From contig PEUP01000004.1 of assembly GCA_002780705.1 (NCBI GenBank), positions 1-41,855 on the forward strand: a stretch of 41,855 nucleotides of DNA, given 5' to 3'. The position numbers and the translations under genes are program-made. How positions within the stretch are numbered: position 1 is the stretch's first letter; each line of letters starts with the position of its first letter. The notes under the pieces were generated by a model, which saw only the letters and a program-made list of their open reading frames with translations, was not told the DNA's origin and searched no databases. Of the stretch, positions 18,036 to 26,519 are shown in pieces. Source of the stretch: Elusimicrobia bacterium CG03_land_8_20_14_0_80_50_18 (GTDB taxonomy: Bacteria; CG03).

Positions 18036-19505
18036 ATGAATAAAGACAGGAAACAGGTTTTGGAAAAAACGATCAAGCGCTGCAGGGAAAAAAACATCAT
18101 CATACCCACATTTGAACAGATGTATAACCCTGAGAAAGTGCCGCAGGGAATCAAAGACGAGCTGAAGAACATAGGCCTTTGGGATCTGGAACCCAGAAAT
18201 CTTTTCAGGATAACCTGGAAAAACGAGCCCGTGAAACACGGCGGCCGTTTTGACGGCGTGAACTATATCGAACTCCCGAAGGAAATCACAGGCGTGAAGG
18301 CCAGAGTCATGGTGTTGGTCGGGAAGTTCTTTCCCACCGGAGCCCATAAGGTCGGCGCCTGTTTCGGCCCCCTTGTCACCAAGCTGATTACTGGAGAATT
18401 CGACCCGACAACACAGAAAGCCGTCTGGCCCTCCACGGGCAATTATTGCCGCGGCGGGGCCTACGACTCCTACCTGCTGGATGTGCCGGCGATAGCCATT
18501 CTTCCCGAGGGAATGTCCAAAGAAAGATTTGACTGGCTGAAGACCGTCGGTAGTGAAATTTTCGCCACACCGGGCGTGGAGAGCAATGTTAAAGAGATAT
18601 ACGACAAATGCCATGAGCTGAAAGCTGAGAGAGGCGACGGCGTTGTGATACTCAACCAGTTCGAGGATATGACAAACATGATGTGGCATTACGCTGTCAC
18701 AGGCCGCGCCATGGAAGAAGTTTATGAAAAAAACAAAAAAGCCAATCAGCGTTTTTCCGCGCTGTTTCTCACGCAGGGTTCGGCGGGAACACTTGGCAGC
18801 GCTGAGTATATCCGCAAATTTCATCCCTCTGTTAAAGTGGGAGCCGGCGAAGCTTTGGAATGTCCCACCCTGCTTTACAACGGTTTCGGCGGACACAGGA
18901 TTGAGGGTATCGGCGATAAACATGTGCCCTGGATACTCAACCTGAAAAACATGGATATGGTCGCAGGCATAGAGGATGAAAAATGTATGCGCATGATAAG
19001 GCTTTTTAATGAGAAAAAGGGACATGCCTATCTTAAAAAGCAGGGTGTTTCCGATGAGATCATATCCAAACTTGATCTGCTGGGCATCTCCTCAGTGGCG
19101 AATATAATCGGCGCCATAAAAATGGCGAAATATTATGAGATGACCGAGAACGACATGGTTTTCACAGTCGCCACAGATTCAATGGAACTCTACGGTTCCA
19201 GAATAAAGGAATTAAAAGAAGAGCGCGGCGAATATACGGATGTGGACAGCGCGAAGGATTATGAGACCTGCCTCCAGGAAATAGACACAGAGCATCTCAT
19301 TGAACTCAGCTACCGTGATAAAAAGAGAATGCACAATCTCAAATACTTCACATGGGTTGAACAGCAGGGCAAAGAAGTGGAAGACCTTGACGCCCAGTGG
19401 TATGACGAAAACTGGTGGTCCGATCGGCTTGATATTACCGATAAGTGGGACAAGCTCATAAACGAATTCAATGAAAAGACCGGCCTGATAAAAAAATATC
19501 AGTGA
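18036..19505 (+). CDS. Fold-type II PLP-dependent enzyme (Trp-synthase-beta/cysteine-synthase superfamily) with a ~150-aa C-terminal extension; specific function unknown
   Basis: The track ORF starts at 18012. The ATG at 18036 is preceded by GGGAGG. It has a PLP-lysine context FFPTGAHKVGA, then STGNYCRGGAYDS and LTQGSAGTLGSA (phosphate-loop-like). The C-terminal ~150 aa carry no motif I recognise. Confidence 0.65.
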   Translation: MNKDRKQVLEKTIKRCREKNIIIPTFEQMYNPEKVPQGIKDELKNIGLWDLEPRNLFRITWKNEPVKHGGRFDGVNYIELPKEITGVKARVMVLVGKFFPTGAHKVGACFGPLVTKLITGEFDPTTQKAVWPSTGNYCRGGAYDSYLLDVPAIAILPEGMSKERFDWLKTVGSEIFATPGVESNVKEIYDKCHELKAERGDGVVILNQFEDMTNMMWHYAVTGRAMEEVYEKNKKANQRFSALFLTQGSAGTLGSAEYIRKFHPSVKVGAGEALECPTLLYNGFGGHRIEGIGDKHVPWILNLKNMDMVAGIEDEKCMRMIRLFNEKKGHAYLKKQGVSDEIISKLDLLGISSVANIIGAIKMAKYYEMTENDMVFTVATDSMELYGSRIKELKEERGEYTDVDSAKDYETCLQEIDTEHLIELSYRDKKRMHNLKYFTWVEQQGKEVEDLDAQWYDENWWSDRLDITDKWDKLINEFNEKTGLIKKYQ

Positions 19506-19583
19506 TTTCGGCCTGAGCTGATAAAACCCGCCGGCCTCGGCGCAGGCAGGGCTGACCGCAGGAGTGATTTAAGCGGAGGATTG

Positions 19584-20486
19584 ATGTATAAAAAAGGCAT
19601 TAACCTGAATACAGTGACGGTGGAAACGCTCAAAACGCTCCCCGGGATAGGTGACAATCTCGCCAGGAGCCTGGCTCTTCACAGAGAGCTCAAAAGCGAA
19701 TTCGTTAACCCCTCGGAATTCAGCGCGATTGTCCCAGAACATGTGTATTCCGGGATAGTGAAAGACTATAACATCTACGCGGTTTCTCCGCATGTGTGGA
19801 AAAGCAGGGTAACAAGTGAAATCAACAAGCTCTATAGTCCGGATCTGACTGTATTTTTTTCTGAGAATTCCTCTCTGACAGTGAGTTTGAACCGGGATAT
19901 CTATGTGATAAATATCCCTGCCGGCATAAAATTAGAGCGGGATGTACTGCATGAGACAGGGGCAATCGCCGGCCTCAAAAGATTGATGGGCTGGCGTCCG
20001 AAGATAAAAGCCCTTGTTCTGACCGGGTCGCCCGATATGGACACTCTCAACAGATTTCTTGCCCGCTATGACGCCGCTTCTCTTTTCTGCGCGCGGGAGG
20101 ACGATATGTTGAGCGCCGGAAGCAAACAGAAATTTATAACGGAAATGATAATGGCTCAAAAAATCAAGGTCTTCAGCTCCGCCGCTAAAATCAAATCAGA
20201 TGATTTTGAGATAAAAATGTTCGCGCCATCCGGAGATTCGCCGGGGCGCGCAATCCTGATTGCTTTCGGCGCTGTAAGCGTTTTGCTGATGTTTAATATG
20301 GCGGAAGCCGACCAGATGGCTCTGATCCATGATCCTGCCGCGCGAGGCCTAATCCCGAACGCCGTGTGCGCGTACGGTGCGGCGCCCGTTGGGATTTTTA
20401 TGAGTTTTTGCTCATCGCCCGAATTAATAGACATCCGCAAAAAAAAGAAATTGATCAGCGACGGCAATCTTATCTATGCCTCTTAA
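19584..20486 (+). CDS. Protein with an N-terminal ComEA-like HhH motif and a degenerate ComEC-type metallo-beta-lactamase-like C-terminal region
   Basis: INLNTVTVETLKTLPGIGDNLARSL is a ComEA/ComEC-type HhH. Downstream, IKALVLTGSPDMDTLNRFL sits where ComEC MBL domains carry LxLTHxHxDHxGG, and SVLLMFNMAEADQMAL sits where they carry LLxGDxExxxE. The metal ligands are replaced. The start is ATG 19584 (GGAGG 4 nt upstream) or TTG 19581. Confidence 0.4.
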   Translation: MYKKGINLNTVTVETLKTLPGIGDNLARSLALHRELKSEFVNPSEFSAIVPEHVYSGIVKDYNIYAVSPHVWKSRVTSEINKLYSPDLTVFFSENSSLTVSLNRDIYVINIPAGIKLERDVLHETGAIAGLKRLMGWRPKIKALVLTGSPDMDTLNRFLARYDAASLFCAREDDMLSAGSKQKFITEMIMAQKIKVFSSAAKIKSDDFEIKMFAPSGDSPGRAILIAFGAVSVLLMFNMAEADQMALIHDPAARGLIPNAVCAYGAAPVGIFMSFCSSPELIDIRKKKKLISDGNLIYAS

Positions 20487-21573
20487 AATATCCACAAAAG
20501 ATCTGCGGAAAATGACGGAGAATCTCATAAATATACGCTCGGACAAAAAAAATCCGTCCATGGCGGCGTATCTGAAAAAAGCTCTCCGACAAAACGGCTG
20601 GAAGAATATCACCGGACACGGTGGCAATGTCTGGGGCAGTATCGGTTCGGGAAAAATAAAAATCCTGTACGATATACACTCCGACACCATTACGGCCCGC
20701 AGGGACGGATGGCTCAGTGATCCCTTCACGGCCGCAACTCGCGGCGGACGGCTTTACGGCAGGGGATCTGTCGACGACAAAGGCCCGCTGGCCGCGGCGA
20801 TTTTCTCGGGGAATTTTATTGAAGATTCAAAAGATTATAAAGTGTATCTTCTCGCGTCCGACAGAGAAGAAACAGATGAGGGTTACGGCTGCCGCATGTT
20901 CCTGAAAAAAGAAAAGTTCAAACCGGATTTCGTCCTCATATCCGAGCCTTCCGATATGAAACTTATTTTCGGCCAGCGCGGAAGGATTGAGGTGACTCTC
21001 ACCGCACGCGGCATCCCAGCGCACGGCTCCATGCCGGAAAAGGGCAAAAATGCTATTTCCATGATGAACGCGGCGCTTTCATCTCTGTCAAAACTTACAT
21101 TCAGACAGGTGCCTCCTTTCACGGCCACAAGCATAGCCCCCACTGTCATAAAAAGCGAGGGCGAGGGGAAGAATGTTCTGCCTTTGAATTGCCGCCTTCT
21201 TCTGGACATCAGGATTAACCACAGAGAGAGCGTTGCTTCCATTATAAAAGCCCTGAAAAAACAACTGCCCCGGGGCATAGAGATAAAAGCGGGGAAGTTC
21301 TGTCCCGCCTGGCTTCTCCAAAATAAAACTTACGCGCAGGCGGCTAAAAAAACTTTCAGACAAGCGTATGGAAAAACAGCTGCGCCCTCTTACTGGAAAT
21401 TTTGCACAAACGGCTCCTCTTACGCCTCAAAAGGCATTCCGGTAATCGGTTTCGGCCCCGGGAAACCGCAGCTCTGTCACAAAAAAAACGAGAACATAAA
21501 AATATCGGATATTGAGAAGTCTGTCATATTTTTCAGACTCCTGCCCTCTCACATAGCGGGGCGCGCGGCATAG
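20476..21573 (+). CDS. M20-family metallohydrolase (ArgE/DapE/YgeY-like deacylase)
   Basis: 365 aa. It has HSDTI, YGRGSVDDKGPLAAAI, the REETDE acidic pair, LISEPSD, and a dimerisation-domain insert (GRIEVTLTARGIPAHGS). Confidence 0.8.
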   Translation: MPLKISTKDLRKMTENLINIRSDKKNPSMAAYLKKALRQNGWKNITGHGGNVWGSIGSGKIKILYDIHSDTITARRDGWLSDPFTAATRGGRLYGRGSVDDKGPLAAAIFSGNFIEDSKDYKVYLLASDREETDEGYGCRMFLKKEKFKPDFVLISEPSDMKLIFGQRGRIEVTLTARGIPAHGSMPEKGKNAISMMNAALSSLSKLTFRQVPPFTATSIAPTVIKSEGEGKNVLPLNCRLLLDIRINHRESVASIIKALKKQLPRGIEIKAGKFCPAWLLQNKTYAQAAKKTFRQAYGKTAAPSYWKFCTNGSSYASKGIPVIGFGPGKPQLCHKKNENIKISDIEKSVIFFRLLPSHIAGRAA

Positions 21574-22599
21574 ATGCGGAGAAAAAAAATTATTTTCCTG
21601 GCGGCGTCAATGCTGCTGTGTAACAAGCTCGGCGCCTCGGAGCCGCTTTACATAGCGAATCTGCCGAATATTCATGAGTATGAGCTTTTTGCCAATAACG
21701 GCTGGACAGGCAACTGGTATGTCGGATACGACCACTGCTGGATCACGGAACTTCCTCCGGCGCCGGAAAAGAAAAATTTCAAAAAAGCCTTTATCGGCGT
21801 AAAACTTGGCCGCGCCAAAAGCCTCAAACAGCTCAAAGCCGGCATACAGGGCGAGATAGACGCTCTTTCGCAAAAACTCGCGGAGGCGGCGCCCGCGGAA
21901 AAAGCGAATCTGACTGCCGAAATAGAATCTCTGAAAAAAAAATCGCCTGAAAACGCCAAAATAATTATAGCGGTTTCGGACAACGCGGATTTTTCCGGCA
22001 GGAAAAGCTACCTCGCCGCGCTTAACAGTGAGATACCGCTTGAAGGAGATAATAGCGAGGCCCTGAATAATGTCGGGGAGTCGCGATGGTTCTGGACAGA
22101 AGTGCCCATGTCGGCGATTTCTGCCGAAAAGACTAATTTTGTGGCCGCATGGTCGGATAACCCTCTCTTTGCCTCTGTTTCTTACGCCCCCGTAATCGCG
22201 GCGGGCTGGTCGGAAAAGAACAAGTATGCCTATCTATCCACGGACAACTTTGGGAAAGCGCCGAAAAATCCGGAAAAGAAAATCAGTTTTTTCACACCGG
22301 CGCTCTGTATCAGGCTTGTGCCGGATAATAAACAAATTTTCAAAGTCAGCGTGCTGAAAGCGGAGATAAATGACGGGGTTTTAAGGGTGCAGGCGAACAT
22401 AGAAGGCGAGCCGGAAAGGCTTCGCCTGCGCGTTTTTGATGACAATGGTGAAGTCTCAACAGGTTTCGGCATTTCAACGCCGCCGTGGCATATCACAGCG
22501 CATAATCTTGAAAAAGGCAGATACAGTTTTGAGCTTGACGCGGAAGACCGCTTTGGCAACCGCGCCGAAAGCGGGAAAAAAACTTTCGCGGTGGAGTAG
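21574..22599 (+). CDS. Secreted hypothetical protein (signal peptide; C-terminal Ig-like-looking beta domain)
   Basis: 341 aa with signal peptide MRRKKIIFLAASMLLCNKLGASE. I recognise no catalytic motif. The start directly abuts the stop of the M20 gene. Confidence 0.5.
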   Translation: MRRKKIIFLAASMLLCNKLGASEPLYIANLPNIHEYELFANNGWTGNWYVGYDHCWITELPPAPEKKNFKKAFIGVKLGRAKSLKQLKAGIQGEIDALSQKLAEAAPAEKANLTAEIESLKKKSPENAKIIIAVSDNADFSGRKSYLAALNSEIPLEGDNSEALNNVGESRWFWTEVPMSAISAEKTNFVAAWSDNPLFASVSYAPVIAAGWSEKNKYAYLSTDNFGKAPKNPEKKISFFTPALCIRLVPDNKQIFKVSVLKAEINDGVLRVQANIEGEPERLRLRVFDDNGEVSTGFGISTPPWHITAHNLEKGRYSFELDAEDRFGNRAESGKKTFAVE

Positions 22600-22628
22600 G
22601 GTTGCGGTTCTAAAACCGCCAACCCTTT
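22599..22628 (+). terminator. Hairpin (11 bp with one bulge) + TTT immediately after the 21574..22599 CDS; weak terminator/attenuator
   Basis: GGGTTGCGGTT-CTAA-AACCGCCAACCC followed by TTT. It sits directly before the SD of the small membrane peptide gene. Confidence 0.4.
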
Positions 22629-22641
22629 GAAGGAGGACAAA

Positions 22642-22767
22642 GTGGAACAACTGGGGATTATCGGGGCAATGACCGTTGTAAACATTGTGATGAATCTGGT
22701 TATTTTGATTTTGTGCGCTTTCATTTTCGCGAAAGTCAGAACATTGCGTAAATTCCTGAGTAAATAA
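22642..22767 (+). CDS. 41-aa hydrophobic small protein (single TM helix)
   Basis: Too short for the ORF track. A strong SD, GAAGGAGGA, lies 4 nt before the GTG at 22642. Translation: MEQLGIIGAMTVVNIVMNLVILILCAFIFAKVRTLRKFLSK, with TAA at 22765-22767. Confidence 0.5.
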   Translation: MEQLGIIGAMTVVNIVMNLVILILCAFIFAKVRTLRKFLSK

Positions 22768-22807
22768 GCGCTGTAACACTATCCGCGGCGTATCGGGCTC
22801 TGCCACA

Positions 22808-22837
22808 TTGACAAAGCCGGCGGCCAGATAGTATAAT
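22808..22837 (+). promoter_or_regulatory. Consensus sigma70 promoter TTGACA-N18-TATAAT; -10 ends 8 nt before the M23 peptidase ATG (leaderless geometry)
   Basis: TTGACA at 22808-22813, TATAAT at 22832-22837, and the ATG at 22846. There is no SD in between. Confidence 0.65.
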
Positions 22838-22845
22838 TACCCCTT

Positions 22846-23775
22846 ATGAGCAAAAAAACCGTTAACCGGTACCATGTGCCCAGGAAGCAGATGACCATTA
22901 TGCTGCTGCCCCACGGCGGCCGACGGGGAACACAGGTCACAGTATCATATCTGTTCCTGTTTCTCGGATGCGCGCTGTGGTTCGCGATCACGGCGACTGC
23001 CGCCTATTTCATCAGCGAACGCGTGCAGGTAAACGAAACCCGGCAGGCGAACATCGCGCTTCAAAACAAGGTAGCCAGTTTCAGCGAAAATTTAAACAAC
23101 TCCCTTGATCTCATCAACGAGACGGCAGAACTCAACACCCGGCTGAAGGGGATGCTTGCCCTCGGTAACAAGTCAAAAATCATAGAATATTCCGCCGCGG
23201 GAGGGCCGTCAAAACTCCAGAGTCTCCAGTTGTCTAAAATACTTCTTGAGACAAACCCCGCTGAATCCGAAGAACTGCTGGCTATGAACGCGGAGGAGAT
23301 GCTCGCGGGAGGCTGGCAGGAAAAACTCAATTTTCGCGAGATTTCCGAATACCTGAATGAACAAAGAATACTTGCCCGTTCCACTCCGGCTATCTGGCCG
23401 GCAATGGGAAGGGTGACAAGCCCCTTCGGCCTGAGGGCGTCGCCCTTTACCGGAAGCAGCCAGTTTCACAGCGGCCTGGATATCGCGAATGTTAAGAATA
23501 CCCCGCTGAGGGCAACAGCGGACGGCAGGGTCGTCTTTGCCGGCTGGGCGGGTAATCTCGGCAAAACCGTTGTGATCTCTCACCGTATGGGCTACACAAG
23601 TTACTACGGGCATTGCGATGAGGTGTTTGTGAAACAGCAGGACAAAATTGAGAGAGGGCAGATAATAGCCAGCATTGGCAGTACCGGCCGCGCAACCGGA
23701 TACCACGTGCACTACGAAATTAAACGATACGGGAAATCGCTTAATCCCATGTATTTTGTCAACAGGAGTTTTTAA
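22846..23775 (+). CDS. Membrane-anchored M23-family (LytM-type) metallopeptidase
   Basis: 309 aa. N-terminal TM helix (VSYLFLFLGCALWFAITATAAYFI), a coiled-coil segment, and the M23 motifs HSGLDI and GYHVHYEI. Confidence 0.9.
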   Translation: MSKKTVNRYHVPRKQMTIMLLPHGGRRGTQVTVSYLFLFLGCALWFAITATAAYFISERVQVNETRQANIALQNKVASFSENLNNSLDLINETAELNTRLKGMLALGNKSKIIEYSAAGGPSKLQSLQLSKILLETNPAESEELLAMNAEEMLAGGWQEKLNFREISEYLNEQRILARSTPAIWPAMGRVTSPFGLRASPFTGSSQFHSGLDIANVKNTPLRATADGRVVFAGWAGNLGKTVVISHRMGYTSYYGHCDEVFVKQQDKIERGQIIASIGSTGRATGYHVHYEIKRYGKSLNPMYFVNRSF

Positions 23776-24152
23776 TGTTCGGTTCAAACAAATTAGAGAA
23801 GAAAATAGGCCGTATTGAGACTGTTATCGGGCATGAGAGCGTGATAACCGGCACCATCGCCACCAAAGGTTCACTCAAAATAGACGGGCTTGTCAACGGC
23901 GGGATAGAACAGGCGGACGCCGTAATCATCGGCGACACCGGAAAAATAATAGGTGATGTCACCGCGCAGACGGTCATTGTAAGCGGAGAAGTGGAAGGCA
24001 ATATCCACTCCTACATATCACTAGAACTCATGGAGGACGGCAAGATAAAGGGCGATGTGAAAACCTCGCAAATATCCATCAACGAGGGCGCTTTTTTTGA
24101 AGGTAATGTTACCATGGAAAAAAACGCCACGCTTCCGCAAAACGAAGACTAA
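23775..24152 (+). CDS. Bactofilin (polymer-forming cytoskeletal protein)
   Basis: 125 aa with a TAATG overlap onto the M23 gene. It has the bactofilin beta-helix pattern (TVIGHESVITGTIATKGSLKIDGLVNGGI...IIGDVTAQTVIVSGEVEGNI...KIKGDVKTSQISINEGAFFEGNV). Confidence 0.88.
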   Translation: MFGSNKLEKKIGRIETVIGHESVITGTIATKGSLKIDGLVNGGIEQADAVIIGDTGKIIGDVTAQTVIVSGEVEGNIHSYISLELMEDGKIKGDVKTSQISINEGAFFEGNVTMEKNATLPQNED

Positions 24153-24742
24153 TCAAAATAAAGAATGGCCTGGGCGATCTCTTCACGCACAGCCGGATTA
24201 TCCGTTTCTGTAAACAGTTTTCTGAGGTTCTCTTTTGCTTTCATTTCACGCAAAGTTCTCACCGCGCGGATTCTCAATTCGTCTTTTTCTTCTTCCCTGG
24301 AAACGATAGAAGCAAGAATAGCGTCGAACTGACGCTCGCCCATATAGCCGGCCATGTCTACGCACCAGTAGCGGAATTTCCAGTAATAGGCCTCGCCCCG
24401 CAGACCGGCCCATAAATCTCTGCCTTCTATCGCATCGGCTATGAACGGTATCGCCGAAGACGGGTCCTCCAGTAAAATAACAGATTCTTTCAGCGTGCTT
24501 ATTCCCAGGCCCTCAAGCGAACTGCCTGATGCGGCTTTTTTCCTCACGCTTTCAAGCGCTTCAAGGACAGCCTTTTTTTGGTGAGGGCGTATCTTCTGTT
24601 TTTTTTCCAGCCAGTAATCTGCCGGAGCTTTTGCCGGGATAGCGGAAATTCGCGCGGCGGGATAACATCCTGAAATAAAAAGAAAAGCCAGCGCAATGGC
24701 GGCGGAACGCGCGGCACGGAGAGCAATTTGATTTTCTGTCAT
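24149..24742 (-). CDS. Lipoprotein with HEAT-like C-terminal repeat
   Basis: 197 aa. Lipobox LAFLFISGC and a C-terminal LRIRAVRTLREM...NPAVREEIAQAI. It overlaps the bactofilin stop by 4 nt in convergent orientation. Confidence 0.55.
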   Translation of the reverse strand: MTENQIALRAARSAAIALAFLFISGCYPAARISAIPAKAPADYWLEKKQKIRPHQKKAVLEALESVRKKAASGSSLEGLGISTLKESVILLEDPSSAIPFIADAIEGRDLWAGLRGEAYYWKFRYWCVDMAGYMGERQFDAILASIVSREEEKDELRIRAVRTLREMKAKENLRKLFTETDNPAVREEIAQAILYFD

Positions 24743-24807
24743 TTTATTGTAGAATATATCATAAAATTTGGAAAAATAACATAAATTTTTTATCGAGGGG
24801 GATATTT

Positions 24808-25488
24808 ATGGAATTTGTGAGGAGGCATGCCAAGACCATACTCAGCGTTGTAGCCGCTGTTTTCATAATAGGTATTTTCTACATGAATTATCAGGCGCAG
24901 GGGCCAACGGCTATAAAAATCAATAGAACCAAAATAAGTTACGATGATTACCACCAAACTTTCACACGGCGACTTGACAGAGAACGGGATGAAAGGGAAA
25001 CACCCCTCAGTACGGATGATATCAGCAACATAAAACAGAATGTGCTCGCGCAAATGGTACAGGACGAACTGATAATACAGCGGGCCGATAAATTCGGCGT
25101 GAAAGTGCCGGATGAAATCATATCATCTTCAATAATGTCAATGCCGGCATTCCAGCAGGACGGAAGGTTCAGCCGGAACATCTATGAGCGCGTCCTGGCC
25201 ATGTATTATAAAATGTCACGCCTTGATTTTGAGAACGATTTGAGACGCTCCATTAAAAAGCAATTTTACAGGGATATGATGCTGGCCGCGGCCAAGGTGT
25301 CTCCCATGGAGGCGGCGCTGGTATTCCGGGTATCTTTTCCCGACGAGGATTTTGAAGAAAAAAAAGCGGAATTCAAAAACACATTGCTGAATGAAAAACG
25401 CTCCCTCATTTATTACTCGTGGATGGACAGCATGCTCAAGAACTCCGAGATCATAAACAACATCCCGAAACTGGAATCCCGCAACTGA
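24808..25488 (+). CDS. PpiD/SurA-N-terminal-domain chaperone-like membrane protein lacking a parvulin domain
   Basis: 226 aa. N-terminal anchor HAKTILSVVAAVFIIGIFYM, then a SurA_N-like region (ISYDDYHQTF...QNVLAQMVQDELIIQRADKFGVKVPDEII...). GAGGGGGA lies upstream of the ATG. Confidence 0.55.
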   Translation: MEFVRRHAKTILSVVAAVFIIGIFYMNYQAQGPTAIKINRTKISYDDYHQTFTRRLDRERDERETPLSTDDISNIKQNVLAQMVQDELIIQRADKFGVKVPDEIISSSIMSMPAFQQDGRFSRNIYERVLAMYYKMSRLDFENDLRRSIKKQFYRDMMLAAAKVSPMEAALVFRVSFPDEDFEEKKAEFKNTLLNEKRSLIYYSWMDSMLKNSEIINNIPKLESRN

Positions 25489-25498
25489 AATTGTGTGA

Positions 25499-25523
25499 GG
25501 GACTTTTGTCCCGATCTTATTTG
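25499..25523 (+). terminator. Weak intrinsic terminator candidate after the PpiD-like gene (GGGAC-TTTT-GTCCC + GATCTTATTTG)
   Basis: 5-bp GC-rich stem and a 4-nt loop with a T-rich tail, 11 nt after the stop. Confidence 0.35.
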
Positions 25524-25560
25524 TCTAGGTTGCGCAAGGCGTCCCCGTTTTTGCGTTTGC

Positions 25561-26514
25561 TCAGCGGGTGAGATGCTCCCTGAATATTTCGTTTGAAACG
25601 CTTTGCCCGTCACCGCCGTAAATCATAACGCCCATACCCCGCGCATCGGCCATACGGAGCGCTTTATCGCTATCCATGAGCATAAAAGCGGTGGCGTATA
25701 TATCCGCCTCAAGCGGCTCAGGGCAGATAACCGTCACCTGCTTTTTGTCTGAGGAAAGCCCCGTCACAGGGCTCACTATATGACTGTATTTTTTGCCGTC
25801 CCTGATAACAAAATTTTCATAATCGCCGCTTGTGGCCACAGCCTTATCGCTCAGCGCCAGGACAAATGTGAAACTTTTTTCTCCGGGTTGACGCACCCCT
25901 ATGCGCCACAATTTCCCGGCATTCCTCCCTATGGCCAGCACATCTCCGCCGGCGTTTATGAGGGCGTCTTTTACGCCGTTCTCTTTCAGAGTCTGGGATA
26001 ATTTCTCCAGGAGATATCCTTTTCCGCAACCGCCAAAATTCAGCAAAGCTCCGCCTGTCGTGACGCGATGCCCCTCTATTTTTATTTTATCCAGGCCCAC
26101 CGAGGCCAGCGCTTTTTTTAAAACATTGTCCGGCGGCTGAGCGCCCTGAGCTTCTGACAAAGGCGAAAAACCCTCCGCCTTCAGGACAGGCTCGACGGTG
26201 GGATCAAAAAGGCCATCCGTTTCTTTATGCGCTTTTTTGACGCGTGTTATCAGAGCCGCAAGTTCAGCGTCGCGAATCAGCCCCTTCCTGTTCAGTTCTT
26301 CCGTCACGCCGGACTTCACACTCAGAAGCTCATGGCAACGCTTTATCTCATCTTCCAGAAGAATGAATATCTTTTCATCCGCGCTTTTGGGCAGACTGAT
26401 ATCTATAAAGGTGCCGAAATAAAGAAAGCGCCTGGTTTTGATGCCTCGCGAACAGGAGCTAAAAAATAAAAGCGGCGCTAAAAATAAAAATAGAGGAACT
26501 GGCTTCAAACGCAT
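25561..26514 (-). CDS. apbE: FAD:protein FMN transferase (ApbE family) lipoprotein
   Basis: The track ORF extends to 26634 and overlaps the upstream gene. The internal ATG at comp. 26512-26514 gives MRLKPVPLFLFLAPLLFFSSCS (lipobox). The body is ApbE-like (GLFDPTV...GGCGKGYL...ALINAGGDV...VATSGDYENF). Confidence 0.8.
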   Translation of the reverse strand: MRLKPVPLFLFLAPLLFFSSCSRGIKTRRFLYFGTFIDISLPKSADEKIFILLEDEIKRCHELLSVKSGVTEELNRKGLIRDAELAALITRVKKAHKETDGLFDPTVEPVLKAEGFSPLSEAQGAQPPDNVLKKALASVGLDKIKIEGHRVTTGGALLNFGGCGKGYLLEKLSQTLKENGVKDALINAGGDVLAIGRNAGKLWRIGVRQPGEKSFTFVLALSDKAVATSGDYENFVIRDGKKYSHIVSPVTGLSSDKKQVTVICPEPLEADIYATAFMLMDSDKALRMADARGMGVMIYGGDGQSVSNEIFREHLTR

Positions 26515-26519
26515 GACGC

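Noticed and set aside
17973-19025. Long antisense ORFs in the track: 17973..19025 (350 aa), 36457..37362 (301 aa), 37521..38333 (270 aa), 3385..4203 (272 aa), 9689..10324 (211 aa), 12093..12827 (244 aa), 15119..15649 (176 aa), 12876..13439 (187 aa) and others.
   Set aside because: Each lies opposite a gene with clear family motifs (PLP enzyme, GpgS fusion, parB, HEAT protein, glycosylase, nadK/GNAT, clpB, ECF sigma). Their translations are low-complexity (Ser/Leu/Arg/Phe-rich), they lack SD sequences and they carry no recognisable motifs. I treat them as shadow ORFs.
20488-20496. DnaA box or oriC signal (ATATCCACA), given the origin-proximal gene set.
   Set aside because: It is a single 8/9 match inside coding sequence, and no cluster of boxes or AT-rich unwinding region was seen in any intergenic spacer of this window.
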